DNA of 60,769 nt, counting the filler, from Basidioascus undulatus (taxonomy: Eukaryota): the NCBI GenBank assembly GCA_000826855.1. It is 7 parts of 7 records of this genome, joined end to end, with 100 filler letters (N's around TTAATTAATTAA, not from the genome) between each part and the next. Parts side by side here need not be neighbours in the genome. Positions count along the whole stretch, not along the records: positions 15,549 to 45,240 come from JTLS01000201.1; positions 45,341 to 50,419 come from JTLS01002010.1; 5 more parts are not named here. One strand, given 5' to 3'. Below are positions 35,050 through 48,684 of the stretch, in pieces; within the stretch, counting starts at the first letter, position 1, and the number at the start of each line of letters is the position of its first letter. Under the pieces are notes generated by a model. The model was not told where the DNA came from and searched no databases. It was given only the letters and a program-made list of their open reading frames with translations. A program made the translations under genes and the position numbers.

Positions 35050-36296
35050 TGCTTGCGCTTCGACGGTGTAACTTGCCTGGCTGTGGCTGAGTGAGAAAGA
35101 CGGTGTGAAGGGTATCGTCGCAGGGTACGTATTTCCAACGCGAAGACGCGGCGTGGACTTGCCGCGGTGAAGGTTGCGTAGAAGCCCCGAGTTCAAAGGT
35201 CCCAAGATCAGCGCCAAATACGCGAGAATAAAAGGCTGCCCGAGATGAGACGAGAACGATACTCATATATTATATCTTAAGACTCTCAACTTCTCGCGGT
35301 AAGCCCAAAACGCCTCATCCTGGATGACGGGCAACAGAGCCTTGAGCCATGCGTGTGCTCCAGAATGTGCAGCTGAGTGATTTTTGCATTAGCCCAGGTA
35401 ACTGCCATATGAGCAAGATGTGTACCTGCATCCTCAAGGTAACGTCTCAAGGGGGGTTTCCAAAACTGTGCCAGTTCACGGCGAAACCAAGGGTCCCCCG
35501 ACAGCGCACCCTCGCCGGCTCACTGCCGGCCTTGGCACCCATCGACTGCGTTTACTTTCGGTCCCTCTGAAGTTTTCATCACCTTGAGGTAGAGTGCAGA
35601 TCTGGTATTTCTTCTAGAAAGATCTCATCCTCCTCCATTTCTGTCCTTGATCCGATCTTCTCATTTGCTGCTCGATTGGCTTGCTGCTGCCCTGCGCGCT
35701 GCCGATGAGTACTCGAACAATTGCACGCCCGCTTTCCGAACCCCTAAATAAAACCTTAACATGGTATTTCAGACGTATATTTGAGAGCTGACAAGAAGCA
35801 TTGAGGCCAGCCGCTTTCGGAAAGGACTGAATAACTACGAGCGATGGCGCGATGCGCTTCGCAGTGTTACACTCGGGAAGCAAGGCGAGAGCCAAAGTGG
35901 GTGAATGGCATGAAACATATAGCCATAATGAAAATAATATTCGAGAAAATTTAGAAGCTACACAGGGCAGCCTCGCCCTGACCCACCAAGCTCGTGGTCT
36001 GCAGTCAATCTTCGTGTTCCTCAGTGAAGGGTCTGGGCTTGTCTCCGAACCTGTCGCTGCATTTCTGGAAAGGTCTTTCCCTTGTGGGCACTTTCCATCA
36101 ATTGTTCTATTATGGCATATCGTTGCAATGGTTTTCAGAGGTCAAAATATCGCCGACACAGCGCCGGCGCGCTTCGCACCTGCATGGCCACCATCTGCTT
36201 CGCCAAACATACATCTCCGACACTCAGATGCCGAAGCCCCGAAAGCTGGCTCAAAAACTCCACAAGTAACAGCGCCACCCTCCCATACACCGCTCC

Positions 36297-37609
36297 TCAA
36301 TTGCCCTTCCCGGACTCGCGCACCGCCGCCCGAGCGCCGCTCTGCACTGTCTCCTTGCGCTCCGCGATCAGCTCGCCCTGCTTGGCGAGGTGTTTGTTCT
36401 CGTCCTGGAGCCTGGAGTGCATATTTCCAAATAGTTCCATGGCGTCCCTAAAAGTCACATGAAGGGAAACAGGTGAGTAACACGCGGCTGGAAAGGGAAG
36501 ACATGAGGGTACCCCGCGCGAAGCACGCACGAGATGTGCTCTACGATCTGCAGATCGCTAGGTGTAAGGCACAAGCTTCTTTCGCCATGTGAATAAAGTT
36601 GGTGGAACTGCTCACATCACCCATGAGCGTCGCGAATCTGTCCACGAGCTCTGCGAACGGAACTCCCCCTTGTCAGCATTTATAGCTAGTTTCGAGTTTC
36701 AAACGCAGGCGCACCTTTCCCGTCCTTCTCCCACTCCTCGCCCAAGCATTTCTTCCACTTCCACTCCAGCTCTTTCACCGCCCTGCGATCCTCCGCCCCG
36801 AGCAGCTGCTTGAGCTGTTCCGGCGTGCAGCTGCCCAAGCCCGTCTCGGCCTCGCGGCTCGCCTGACGCAACACGTGCTGCGAGCGCCCTGGCGCACGCG
36901 TAAGCGGGGAGAGATACAATGCTTTGGGGGCGGAGGGCGGGCGGCAATAATGAGAAGGAGGGCGCTGCGGTCCGCTGGCGTCGTCGTCCACGGGCGGCGA
37001 CGGCAGCGCCTGCCGGGCACGAGCGCGAGGGTCGGCTTTGGTGGACGACGTCTGAGACGACTTATCGTTGTAAGCTATCCTCCCACTAGACCACAGACTC
37101 TGCTGATGGAGAGGACTAACTGCTGCCGGCAGCTCGCCTTTCGCCCGTTTCGCAGCGACCCACTGCGCTTCCCCTCCCGCCGCCCTCTTTCCCTTCGGCT
37201 CCCTCTCCTCCCTCGGCAGCGGCGTAGCCTCAAGCAGCTGCGGCTCTTCCTCCTCTCCCATCCCATCTCCCTCGACGTAGGGTCCGAGCCGCTCCTTCAC
37301 CGCCCCCATCGAAAGCCCCTGCGGCTTCCGCAGCCTCTGCGTAAGCTGCGTCTCCTCGTCGTCCTGATCCTCCTCTCGAGCGCCGAGACCCGATCCTCCC
37401 CCAAGCATCTGAGTGAGCTGGGTTTCATCATCCTCTCTTTCCGACAGATGCGGGCGAAAGCCATGAGAGAGCCCGTCCTCGTCGTCGACGCCGTCGGCAG
37501 CGGCCCAGTCGCCGCCAGAGGCTTGGCGCGCGATCTGGAGCGCAGTGTAGTCGTCGGCCGGGAGCGAGCGGTTAGAGGACGTGGAAGAGCGGCGCTGCTT
37601 GGAGGACAT
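36297..37609 (-). CDS. Ecm11-like protein (disordered N-terminus, C-terminal helical domain)
   Basis: Spliced C-terminus WKKCLGEEWEKDGKELVDRFATLMGDIVEHISDAMELFGNMHSRLQ..AVRESG resembles the Ecm11 C-terminal domain; the N-terminus is rich in ETQLTQ motifs. Confidence 0.5.
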
Positions 37610-38239
37610 GGCGGCGTTGGATGCGGAGGCGGTACAGTGGATGTAGACGGACTGACTCGAAGGGAGATGTGGACGCGGTGTCTGTACGCATCCAAGGTCG
37701 GTCACCTGCGCCCGCCAATCCACAACAAAACAGTCCGAAACCATCTTACATTACTGGATGCGAATGGTGAACGTATGTAAAGCTGCAAGTCGGCGAGGCA
37801 CGGTGTGGTGATGGTCGAAGGCCAAGGTGAACGCAGTGGGCTTTCCGGCTTTCAGCCGCCCCGCCGAGGTCAGCCGCTGCTTCGTTTTCTTCGTTTTCTT
37901 CCGAGTTGTCCCCTCAACCGCTCTCGAATGCATCCGCCGCATCGTTTCGCATCCAAACTCGTTTCCTGCCCTGCAGCTCGTAACGCATCAAGTCCATTAG
38001 CGTTAAACAGGTCATGACAAGAGGGGTATCTTCGTGAGCGGGCGTGCGCGCGCGGAAACCGAAACAGAGGAACCGGGTAACGGCGCAAGGAAGAAGCGGG
38101 TAAATACGGAGTTCAAGGGGGAAAAAAAGGCGCGAAACGTCCAGGGGTATATATATAAAGGAGAAGGTGGAGGCGACAGAACAAGTAAGGGAGGAAGAAG
38201 AAGGAAGACGCGTCCAGCAGTCCATCCCGCGAGCCCCTC

Positions 38240-41200
38240 TCACTCGCGGTTGAATAACTGCGAGATGATGCCGACGAGAGTCAGTCGCGCACGAACAAGA
38301 CATCCGACATGTCAGCGCTGCACGCACCCGCAGAACGAGATAGGTCGTCGCGCCGATGAAGCTGTACATCGCCAAGCCCATCCGTCAGCACACCTGCTTT
38401 GCCATGTTGTTCGGCATAAGCTCGCAAGCACACATACCGGACCAGCGCAAGACCCGCAACCGAGTAGCTGTGCCATAAAGTGCGATCAGCTGCTTGCCCC
38501 GGAAGGCTGCATTTCGAGAAGAAAGAAGAAACGTTGCTCAGACGTACAGGACAAACTTCATGTACACGTTCGTCTTCTCGGGGTATTCTTGGCTCGTTGC
38601 CCGTGCCTGGAGAGCGTTCGTGTCGTTGTTGGAATCGTCCCCAACAGCGAAGAGTCCGGTCGTCGAGAGGATGGCGGCGACGAGGAAGGCCTGCCGGGGT
38701 AGGAAGTCCGTCAGCACCACGATGTTCTGGACCGGTCGCCCATTGTTAAACAACGCACGTTCGACAGCACCCACGCCAGCACGACGTTGGTACGGAAAGT
38801 GGCGCTACAAAGCTCAATCAGCACCAGTGACCCCCAGAACCCGAAAAACAGCGACGCACTAGTAGTCCTTCTGCTTCGTCTCGCTAGATCCCACCACCAC
38901 AGCGCATCAGCACCCCATCCGCAGCTTTTCCGAACGCGCGCTCGTGCACTTACGCATCCTCCTCTTTCTTCATCTTCGGCGGATCAGTCATCATCGTGTG
39001 GAGCGCGTCCTCATACGCGGCGTCGATGTCCTTCTTGTCCGTGGGAACAACGACGTCCACCTTGTCGTCCTTGCCGCCGGGCTTGCTCGCGACGACACCG
39101 AGGTCGGTGTGGACCCGGTTGTCGCCCTTCGTACCCCATCTGCAGGCGCACGCGAGGCATCGTCAGCTGAGGACTCTTTCCCTAGCCTGATCAGCAGACA
39201 AGAAGCAGAAGGAAGGACGCACGAAATGTCGTGCGCTGCATGTCGGTCGATGACAGCTAGTGAGCGTCCGTCCAGGCACCTGCAGTTAGAATACTTAGGC
39301 GTACTGTTGCAGAAGGCTGCGCGACGAACGAACGGAGCGTCAGCACCGTCTTTGTGTTTTCAAATTTCAGAATGCACGCACCGTAACTAAACGAAGCACA
39401 AGTAGCATCGCAAGCGAAATGTCAGTCTCCCCTTTCAAACTGCGGACGAGCGAGAAGAAAAGCTTACACCTGCACAGCGCAAGCACAGAACGTCAGCCAG
39501 GCCGTTTCGTCAAGAACAAAGGACAACAGAGATGAACACACGTTGAGGACATTGATGTAACTGGGCGCCAAGAGCAAGTACTGCAACAGGCATCCAGACG
39601 AACATCAGTGTTCTGCGCCTGCGGGGGCCCCATTCTCTGAACCGAGCGCTCACCTGGAAGAAGCTCGTAATCATGTGCCAGGGCTCGAACTGCACATCAA
39701 GGTTACGGTCAGCATTCCGTCCCCCCGTGGCATTCTGCATCTGAACCGAAGAGGACGTACGAAAAGCAGCGACGAGAGGAGGTACAGCCCCGCGGTGGCG
39801 AGGAGCGAGACGACGATGGTGTTGAAGATCTCGCTCTTGAACAAGTCCGCTGCGGAGGCGCCTTCAGTGTTAATGACGCCCTGGATCCCTCGCACGGCGA
39901 GGAATACTGCCGCGGCAGTCTGATGCAAGCCACCCGCCTCAGCCCCTCGGCGCAAGGGTGGATAGGCGGTAGACGACGAACCATGTAGATGGTAATGACC
40001 GCGAACCCGATGAACGCGACGGCGTATCCGACTTTGCTCCCCTGTGGGCGGTTCCCCATCGCCTGGAGAAAGCAGAGCGCGAGGAGCGCAACGTAGAGGT
40101 ACTGGAGGATGATGTTGACCGCGCGGATGCCCTTGAGTTTGAACGATGGAGACTCCATCGAGCGCGTGAGGACCATCTGGAAACGCTTGCGAGTGAGCAT
40201 TCTTGGCTGACAGCGGAGGAAAGGTGAAGAAAACGTACGAAAGAGATGTAGTAGTTCGCGAGCGCGAACCAGCTGAAAATCAGGTTGTAGACCTGGTACA
40301 GGAGCTCGACGTGGATCCAGAGCTTGCGCCAGAACGAGTGGCTGATCCCTCATGCGCACATCAGCATCTCCCTCTTCCCGCCGCCCCCGCTCTCTCCCAC
40401 TGACTCACGCGCTCCGATAGATATACCCGAAATGCACGGTCGAGTGAATGGCAGCGAAGAAGGAGCCGTTGAGCCAGCGACGGCGCTGGGAGACGAGCTC
40501 GGGGATCTGCGCAACGCAAGCCATTCTGAGTCAGTTCCCTTCCTCCTCTGTCCGTAGGCCCTCGACGCACCTGATCAGGAACGTCCGTGAACGCATACGC
40601 CGACTTGACGTAGTGCAGGACCCAGGACGACTTGCGCTTCGCGACGAGCTCCCAGCAGAGGATGCGGTCCTCGGCGAGGTACTGTTCCGCCACACCCTTT
40701 TCAGCCGCCCGCCAGTGGAAAGGGGAAATACACGCGCACCATGTTAGCAGTAAAGATGCCCGCGTCCCCGCCGTGCATCTTCTCGCCGAGGAAGTACTTC
40801 TCGAGCGGGCCCTGGCCGTTCTCGTCATTCTGGATCGCGTGCCACCTGTACGCGGAGAAGGCACCGGGCAAGACGGTGATGTACCCGAAGACGGACTCGA
40901 GGGGCTCTGGCGTTCCACATCATGTCAGTTTCCTAATCCCTCACCCTCCCTCGGCGGCGCTTGGTCTCTGACGCACTGTCAAGGATGTTCGACCTGTCCC
41001 CACCCCCCCCACGTCATAATCACTCTCCTGGACCCACACAGCCAGGAACACGCACATCTTGTACTCGAAGTTCTGTGCCGCAACAAGCGGGTTGAGCAGC
41101 GCGGACCAGAACCGGCCTTTGTAGGCTACAATCTCTCCGCATGCGCCACCCACGTTCGAGTTGCTGGCATCGCCGACCCCCGCACCCGACAATCAGCCCA

Positions 41201-42962
41201 GAATCCCGGACGAAAGAAAGCGGGCCGGAAACGAGGCACGCACAGGTCAAACGACTTCCACAAGTGGTAGATCGAGCTCGTGCCGGGCGAGGTCCCGACG
41301 TCGAGGAGGACGCAGACGTTGGGCTCCAGGATCTCCGCGAAGGCCGAGCTGCACACGCATGCTGTCAGTCAAAGGAAAGAGAACGGGGAAGTGCGGAACC
41401 NGGGGGGGGGGGGTGGAGAGAGCGACGCACAAGAACCACCGATGCGAGTTGATCTTCTTCTGGTTCTTTTCCTTGAGGCAGAAGATGACCTGGACGGGGA
41501 CGAGGTGCGACCCACGGTCGAGCGTCATATCCGGCTTGACGGAGACTGTTTCCACCCATCAGCGTCACCCAGCCCAACCTCAATCATACAGGACGCACTC
41601 TGGGTGGTGTACTCGTAGATGTCTTTTCGCGGCAGGTGTCAGGAAAGGGAGGTGGTGCAGATGGAAGGGAAGGAGGGAGAAGGACGCACGTGCAGTCACC
41701 TGCTTCCCCTGCACGACGTTCTTTGCCACGCCGTCCTGGTAGATCCCCTGCGCGGCGATGCACGACAGCGTGCGCGAGTTGATCTTTTGCCGGCCATCCG
41801 AGACGATGCAGACGACGACCTGCCATGTCCCCCTAAGTCAGCTGTTGGAAGTGAGAGATGAAGGCGGAGGGGCCGGCGCGCCTTCTTCCAGCCCTCGTCG
41901 CCCCACGTCTTGGAGCGCGAACGCGAGCAGAGGTGTACGACGTTCTGGATGACGGCGTCCATCGTGCGTGCATACAAGAACTCCTCCTCGTTGTACCTGT
42001 CCCCACCCCACTCTCATCAGCCTTCTCCTCCCCTCCTCTTCCAGCCACTCCGACGCACATGGTCAAGACGATAAAGATCTCTGTCCGCCGCGGCGGGCTG
42101 TACAGCTGCTGGCGGAGCGTGTAGTTTTCCTTCTTGAAGTCGTGCGGGTCGCACGTTGCCGCCGTGTAGCGCATGTTGGTGAACTCGCGGTCCGTCGTCT
42201 CGCGGCAGCCGGCGAGAACTTTCGAGGGCACGGGACAGTCGAGGACCAGGTTCCCCTGGAAGAGCGGGATGCGCTTCGTCGTCTTGTACCGGCGGGGAAC
42301 ACGCTGTGGGATCCGCCCGTACCGGATGTTGTTGTCGTCCTGCCCATCCATCCTTCAACACTGTGCCCTGCAACGAGCCGGAGGAAGGAAGACCCACGCT
42401 CTGTTCTGGATCAATAAATCCCCCGGGCATAACCGGCCCGCCGATGCTCTCCGCGCCGGGCGTATGCCCCCTGAGCAAGCCCTGCGCCTCCCACTCCTGG
42501 CTCTGGCGCGGCCCGCCCCCCAGCGGCTCGTCCCCGCCGTAGCCCAGATCGCCAGGGGCAGCGTAGGGCGGGTCGTACAGCTGCGTGCCGCCCGGGCGGG
42601 GCGCGGTCGGGTCTGGGCCATACGACGTGTCCTCGACGACGGGGACGGGGCTGCCTGGCGCTTGGGGGAAGGCGGGCGCCCCGGGCACAGGAGCGAGGTA
42701 GTCTGGGTAGGCGTAGGGCGCGCCGCCTGGGAGAGGAGGTAGGGACGCGGCGTGCGCGTCGGAGAACGGGTGGTCGTACGGGTCGTGTGCGGGCGGAGCG
42801 TGGAACGCGTCGGGCGCGGAGGGGTAGGGGGGCGTGTAGCCTGCGCCGGCAGGGGGGTGCAGCGGGTAGCCGTGCTCGTCGATCTGTGGGGGGAGGTTGA
42901 GCTCGCGTCTGGGGATTTATGAGTATGAGATGTGAACGCACGTCTGGATGGTATCGTGACAT
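38240..42962 (-). CDS. Chitin synthase (division 1), many introns including microexons
   Basis: [90 protein letters not shown]. Confidence 0.97.
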
Positions 42963-43984
42963 GGTGATAGTGGTATGGAGAGAGGGAGCAGAACCTGGAG
43001 AACAAGGGCGGAGTATGAGTGCCGGGTATTGAATGCTGTGCGAGCGCTGTCTTGTGTCAGGGCGGTGCTGCGCGCTCCTAGATGCGACTCAGCAGCATCA
43101 TCGTCGGGTGATCGCAAACGTCCAATATTCCCATCCTCCCAGCAAGCCAATGAAGCTATCTCATCCTTATAGCGGCGCGCACTCCTCCCCGGGCCCTGGC
43201 TGAGCCTTCTCGCTCGCTCGCCCGCACACGCGCAGTGATCGACACGGACGCGCGCGCGATCTGTCGCAAGTCGAAATACCAAAACAACACGACGCGTGAA
43301 GGAGTCGGACTGACCTCGCTCGGCCAGGCGTCCGACACGCGAACGATAAGGAGAAAGGAGGAAGACTGGGGTGCAGAGGATGGAGAGATGGAACGCAGTT
43401 GAAAGGACAGGGGCGGTCGTGCCTTGGACAGCCCCGCCTGCATTCAAACGTTTCAATACGTCAAGAGCGAGATGTTAATGTGGCTTGGGGTTACGGGTGA
43501 AAGGGGATTGAAACGTCCGGCCTCTTTCAGCGACTTTCGGAGGCTAGAATGTGTCACAAGCGTTCGTATTATTTCTTTCAAGACGAAGCAGGTGTACGAA
43601 CTGAGAATCGAAACAAAGAGGAGGCGGTATGCACACCTGCTCGTGTTTGCTGTACGCCGAGGCATCGGCAGCGCCGCAGCCTAATACGCTGAAAGCTGCG
43701 GTACTGCCCGCCGCATTCGAGAAGACAGATCGATTTGGTCGGGCCCATAAAGACCTTGTATTCAATGTGTTGAAAGTAAAACTCGTGGTTGTGCTTCCGC
43801 GGAGCAGCTTCGAGTTCGGACATTCCTGACATTATTTGGCGCTACCAAACCCTTAAATGACGCTGAGACACCTTCTAGCTGCGAGCCCGATCCGCATCGC
43901 CCCCTCCCAACAACCACCACCATCCTCATTATCATCCCAACCGTCCCTCCCACGCAAACCATACACCGTATACAACTACACGAA

Positions 43985-44690
43985 ATGTCCAAGTCTGCCC
44001 GCGCCTCCACCTCCAAGAAGACCACCTCCTCCTCAGGGCCGAGACAAGCCCAGCTCCTCACCGCCGGCTCGTTCAAGTCCAGCCGGCCCTCGCTGTCCTC
44101 CGACCCAAAGAAGAAGAAGTTCACTTCCGCGAAGTCGCCGAGCGTTTCGGCGCCCGTGAAGGAGGAGAAGAAGGGGAACGGGGTGGTGCGAGAGGAGCTG
44201 GACGAGAAGAGCGCGAGGTGGGACGAGCTTTGGGGGTGGGCGAGGGAGAAGATGGATGGGGCGCAGCCGAGTGCGTTTTCCCTTTGGATTATGAGTTTGC
44301 GGTGAGGTGCTAACAGAAAGTGGGCAGTCCACACGGAGCACCAGAGCAAGGTGGACCACATCTTGCGTATCTTCGAGTGCGTCTCTTTCTCCCCTCGCCC
44401 TCTTCCTCTTTCGAACCTCATTGGACGATTGGGACACGCCCACAGCCTCTCGTACGAGTACGGACCCTCCGTCGGCCTCACGCGCCTGCAGCGCTTCGAA
44501 CGGGCGGAGGAGATGGAGCTCGACCCGCCCGCGGGGGTGCGTCCCTCCGTCCCTCCTCTGTCTTTCTCTTCTTTCCCTGCCCCCCCACTCACGTCTTTGT
44601 CCGGGCACGCAGATCAAGGACATCCTCCTCACCAAGCAAGGCGTCGAGGATCCGCGCCTGCGCGAGACGGTCTTCTATGGGAGGGTATAA
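43985..44690 (+). CDS. POLD4: DNA polymerase delta subunit 4 (Cdm1/p12)
   Basis: HQSKVDHILRIF..SYEYGPSVGLTRLQRFERAEEMELDPP|IKDILL with three introns. Confidence 0.9.
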
Positions 44691-45240
44691 GGAGGGAGGC
44701 GGGGGCGTAGATTCCTTCCACTCTCCGCGTTCCCCTCCCGCTGCTGCTGCTGCTGCTTTGACCTTTCTCTCCCCGCCGTCCGCACAATCTGTTGTTGTAT
44801 AACCACCCCCCTTATGACTTACATATGACCCATGACACGCACGACTTATCTCCCCCTCGCGCCCGCGTAGCCGAACCTATTTCTGACCCAGGTCCATGTA
44901 GCTGGGGTGGGTTACAGCACATATGGCATGTTACAGCACATATGGCATGTCGTGACGCGCCTTGTGCAACGCGAAGACATGGTTAACGAGGACAGGTGGG
45001 ACAAGGAAAACGGCGAGGGAGCCCGGCCCGCAGGCGAGGGGGGGAGGGGGGAGGACGCGGACGGCGGGCCTGTGTCGGCTGGCCGCTGACCATCACCATC
45101 ATCGTCGACCAGCTCGCATACACTTGCATTTTGTAGTCACTGAACATCGCTCATCGTTCATCGCATTTACCCTCGAAACATTTCATACACTCCTAAACCT
45201 GCCGTACAGCGGCGTCGCAGACTACCAGTCCTTCAGTGCG

Positions 45241-45340
45241 NNNNNNNNNNNNNNNNNNNNNNNNNNNNNNNNNNNNNNNNNNNNTTAATTAATTAANNNN
45301 NNNNNNNNNNNNNNNNNNNNNNNNNNNNNNNNNNNNNNNN
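45241..45340. other. Artificial contig linker
   Basis: N44-TTAATTAATTAA-N44. Confidence 0.98.
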
Positions 45341-46278
45341 GCAGGGGTGGAGGAAAATGGGCGGCGAGACGGAGAGGGAGAGGCGGAAGTGGGCTTCTAT
45401 GCCTATCAAAATTATAGTATTCATTAGCGAAGATAAGGTGAACATGTACAAATATATTGGGGCAGTCTTGACCAAACCCCAGGAATGAGAATCCTATCAA
45501 AATATGTAAGTGCCCGATGGATTCGAACCCCGAACCGACTCCCGGGGCGCGCTCCTTTGGCCTGGCGGCAAGTTCCCCTTGTCAGAAGCTGCCGCTATTT
45601 TTCACAACCTGCCTCGCTCAAAATATGGGGTAAAAAATAGCAAGGTGACTCATATTCTTGTGAGAAGCTTTCCCCAGAAAGCAGGCGGCTGCAGCTTCAA
45701 ATTTTTAGAAGGGACCGGGGGTCGAGATTGTCCAGCTTACGTAAGCGATTAGTTGAGGCAATCACCCAGAATAGACCAGTCTGTCGATCCGTCTCGAGAT
45801 CCGCTCGGCTAGAGCTTGAACGTCAAGGCAGGGGAGAATTAGCCGCGTGTCGCCAGCGTTCTTCCGAATCAGAGTATGCAAGAGTGTGTGAACGATCGCC
45901 CGTAGTTCAGCCTTGCCATGGCAGAGAGGGCAGCGGGGATAGCTCAGCATGTATACAAACAAATAGTACGCTGGGTGCGCAGTGACGCGCGAAAGTGGTC
46001 TTAAAACGAAGACTCGCCCTGCCATGCTCACGCCCGCACAAAGAAACAACGCTGCGAAACCGCAAAAATGTATATTTTACAAAGTCCATTGGTCAACCTG
46101 ACAAGTCCAGCCCAGATATCGAGTTGTGTTTCTGAAAGGGATAGCCGGACATCAGCATCAAGGTGGGCAAGACAGACGGACGATGGACCGGAACGGAAAC
46201 GCACACAGGCGCCCGGGATTCTCAACCGCCACAGGAACCTGGACAGGGAGGTTGACATCGTCAGGCCTTCCAGGGGCG

Positions 46279-46597
46279 GGGATGGGCTCCTCGCCACCAA
46301 AGATCCCTCTGCCGGGGGCAGGGCGGCCAGTGAGATCCCCAGCGGGCGCAACGAGGTCGACATCGTCCTCGCGTTCGACTTAGAATGAGATCTTGGGTCG
46401 AAAGTCAGCATCGAGGCCTGAAGAAAGCGAAATCCTATAACGGAGCGGGAATGCACTCAGACGGCTGGCGTTGTCAATTGTAGGGAGCCGGAAAGGGATG
46501 GGCTCTTCACCGCCAACGATCCCTCCGCCGGGGGCAGGGAGGCCAGTGAGGTCCCCGGTGGGCGCGACCAGGTTGCCGTCGGCCTCGCGCTCCGCTG
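46279..46597 (-). repeat. Diverged direct repeat of about 100 bp, apparently a duplicated exon of an unidentified gene
   Basis: 46279-46380 and 46495-46597 translate on the minus strand as EREDDVDLVAPAGDLTGRPAPGRGIFGGEEPIP and EREADGNLVAPTGDLTGLPAPGGGIVGGEEPIP. Confidence 0.75.
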
Positions 46598-48684
46598 AAA
46601 ATTAGGTTAGGAGAGTAAAGATAAGTCAGGCGAAACGAAAGCAGATGCTGATGTCTGCAGGGACGGACCCTGCGCTGCGTCGTCGCCGAGGAAGTCCAGC
46701 GGGTCGCGCTCCCTGACGAGCTCCTCGCTTTTCTTGAGCTCGCCTTTGGCCAAACCCCTTAGTGTAGGTGGAAGACTCGAGATATGAATGGGATATACTA
46801 GGGTGGTCAACCACCTGGATCAAGCCCTGCGCTATCTTGACGGAGCCCGCCTGTAGCTCCTTGAGGATATCTGCGTCCGAGGGGACGGGCTGCTCGTCTT
46901 TTGCACAGATCAGTTATAACCCTCGTGGATGGGTGAAGACATGGAAAGAAACCTACTGCGCCGCGTGGGGAGGTTCCTCACCTCCTCGAGCATGGCGAAC
47001 GTGGTTCGCAGTGCACTCGGGCGTGAAGCCGAGTACGTCACGGCGGACTGTAAGAACCCACATAATCAGCACATAAAATACGGTAGGGCTTTGAGGGGAA
47101 GACGAATGACCGTACTGCGCCGGACGCGGACGTCGACTTCGACATCCAAGGAAATGCCCGGAAAGCTTAAGTCGCCGTCGGCGACGATCGGCGCAGCGAT
47201 AGCAGTGGCTGGTAAGTGAGGTTTGGGGTGTGTCACTTTCGTCGGAGTGACCAGAGGACGAGTGGACGGCAGTCACGCGCACGCAGCGAGCGCGAGAGTC
47301 AGGGCGTGCACGAGCGTGGTGAGCGACGATTAGGGTATTAGTAGACGAAGTGAAAGACGGAGAGTTGGATAATAAAGAGGGTGTATTAGCGGCTAAATTT
47401 ATAGAGCTGATTGATCTTTGAAGAGGGGAGAGGAAGGAACGGAGAAAGTGAACCGCTTTTATATGCGCTGCAGACCAAAACAACGGCGACCGCGACTGAC
47501 CACTGACCACTGACCCGAGTCGTTTGGACCTCCAGGCGGAGGCTATTGGCGCTATCGCTGCTTTGACTGATGCTAAGCTGGGTGGTAATTTAATGTTGGC
47601 GAACTTTAAGTAATTAAAGGAACGGGCAGGCACATAGCCGGGGATCCAACCCATCGCTGCCGTGGCAGGCCTCGTACTTGCTCGTACAAGTGTGCGCTGG
47701 TGTGCGTGTGCAAGAGAGCATGCGGAGCTCAGGCTTACACAGGAGGAACGCATGAAAAGGCACCGCATGTAACATTTAATTAGACCAAATATCGATCAAA
47801 CAATCGAGGTTCTGAAAATTGTACTCCGAGCGTCGGTCCCGGACTGCTTGTTGGCTGCAGTCTCCATTCACTCTGACGAGGAACGACTGACCTATCCGGG
47901 CAATGCAGGTAAAAATTGACACTGGATGTTAATGACCATGGAGACTCTCAAGGTAGGTCCCCATCATGCACGAACCTCATGCGCTGTGCGCTGACAAGGC
48001 AGGCAAGGCTGAGCAAACTGGACGTCCGCTGCACCCTCACAGCGCATCTTCTACACAAATGACAATTACGACCGAAAGTTTGATTTTACAGACGCCGTTT
48101 GCTTCTCACAAACCTGCGTGAAACCAGTGTGGCACCCACTTGCATGCTGCGGTCCCTCGCCTCGCTGGGTTCGCTGACACACGAAACCAACGAGATGGTC
48201 CATGACTTTCCGGTCCGGCAGCATTGCGCCACGCTGAGTAACTCAGCGGTTGCATTTACGAGAATGATGCGGCTTCCCGGGCGTCGCCCAAGACCAGGCG
48301 CCGCTAGGCCATGCAGGGAACCCTCGCGGACAAGAGAGAGGGCCGATCTCTTTGGAGTTGGACACAAGGCAAGAGAAACAGCCTCCAGAGATGGATGAAC
48401 CGCCGCGAGTGGCAAGGCCAAAGTGGTGGGCAGGGGAGATGCGATCGATGGTGAAGTGAGCGGGCAAAAGACGAGAAGCGCTGCATTTTGCAGGGAGCCA
48501 TTGTTTGGACGTGAAGTGCTGTTATTGTTGAGATGTACCACGGCCGCGGGGGCAGATGACCGAAGTCGTCAGAGCGAATCAGAAGCGCTCAATATCGTGA
48601 GTCTAGTCGGAGCGCGTCGAGCACACAAACGAACGCTGTGAGTATGCAAATGCGATGTATTGTCCTTCCGCCCGTCGTCCCGCC

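Noticed and set aside
36875..37780. Long antisense ORFs over GC-rich genes (also 6048-6770, 48826-49737, 54445-55341)
   Set aside because: Expected shadows of high-GC3 coding strands with no domain character.
41401..41413. N plus G homopolymer within the chitin synthase
   Set aside because: Intronic low-quality homopolymer with no coding effect.
43578..43832. MSELEAAPRKHNHEFYFQHIEYKV as another BTB start
   Set aside because: No downstream BTB core could be assembled.
44911..44950. 19-bp tandem duplication GTTACAGCACATATGGCAT
   Set aside because: Only two copies in intergenic DNA with no functional cue.
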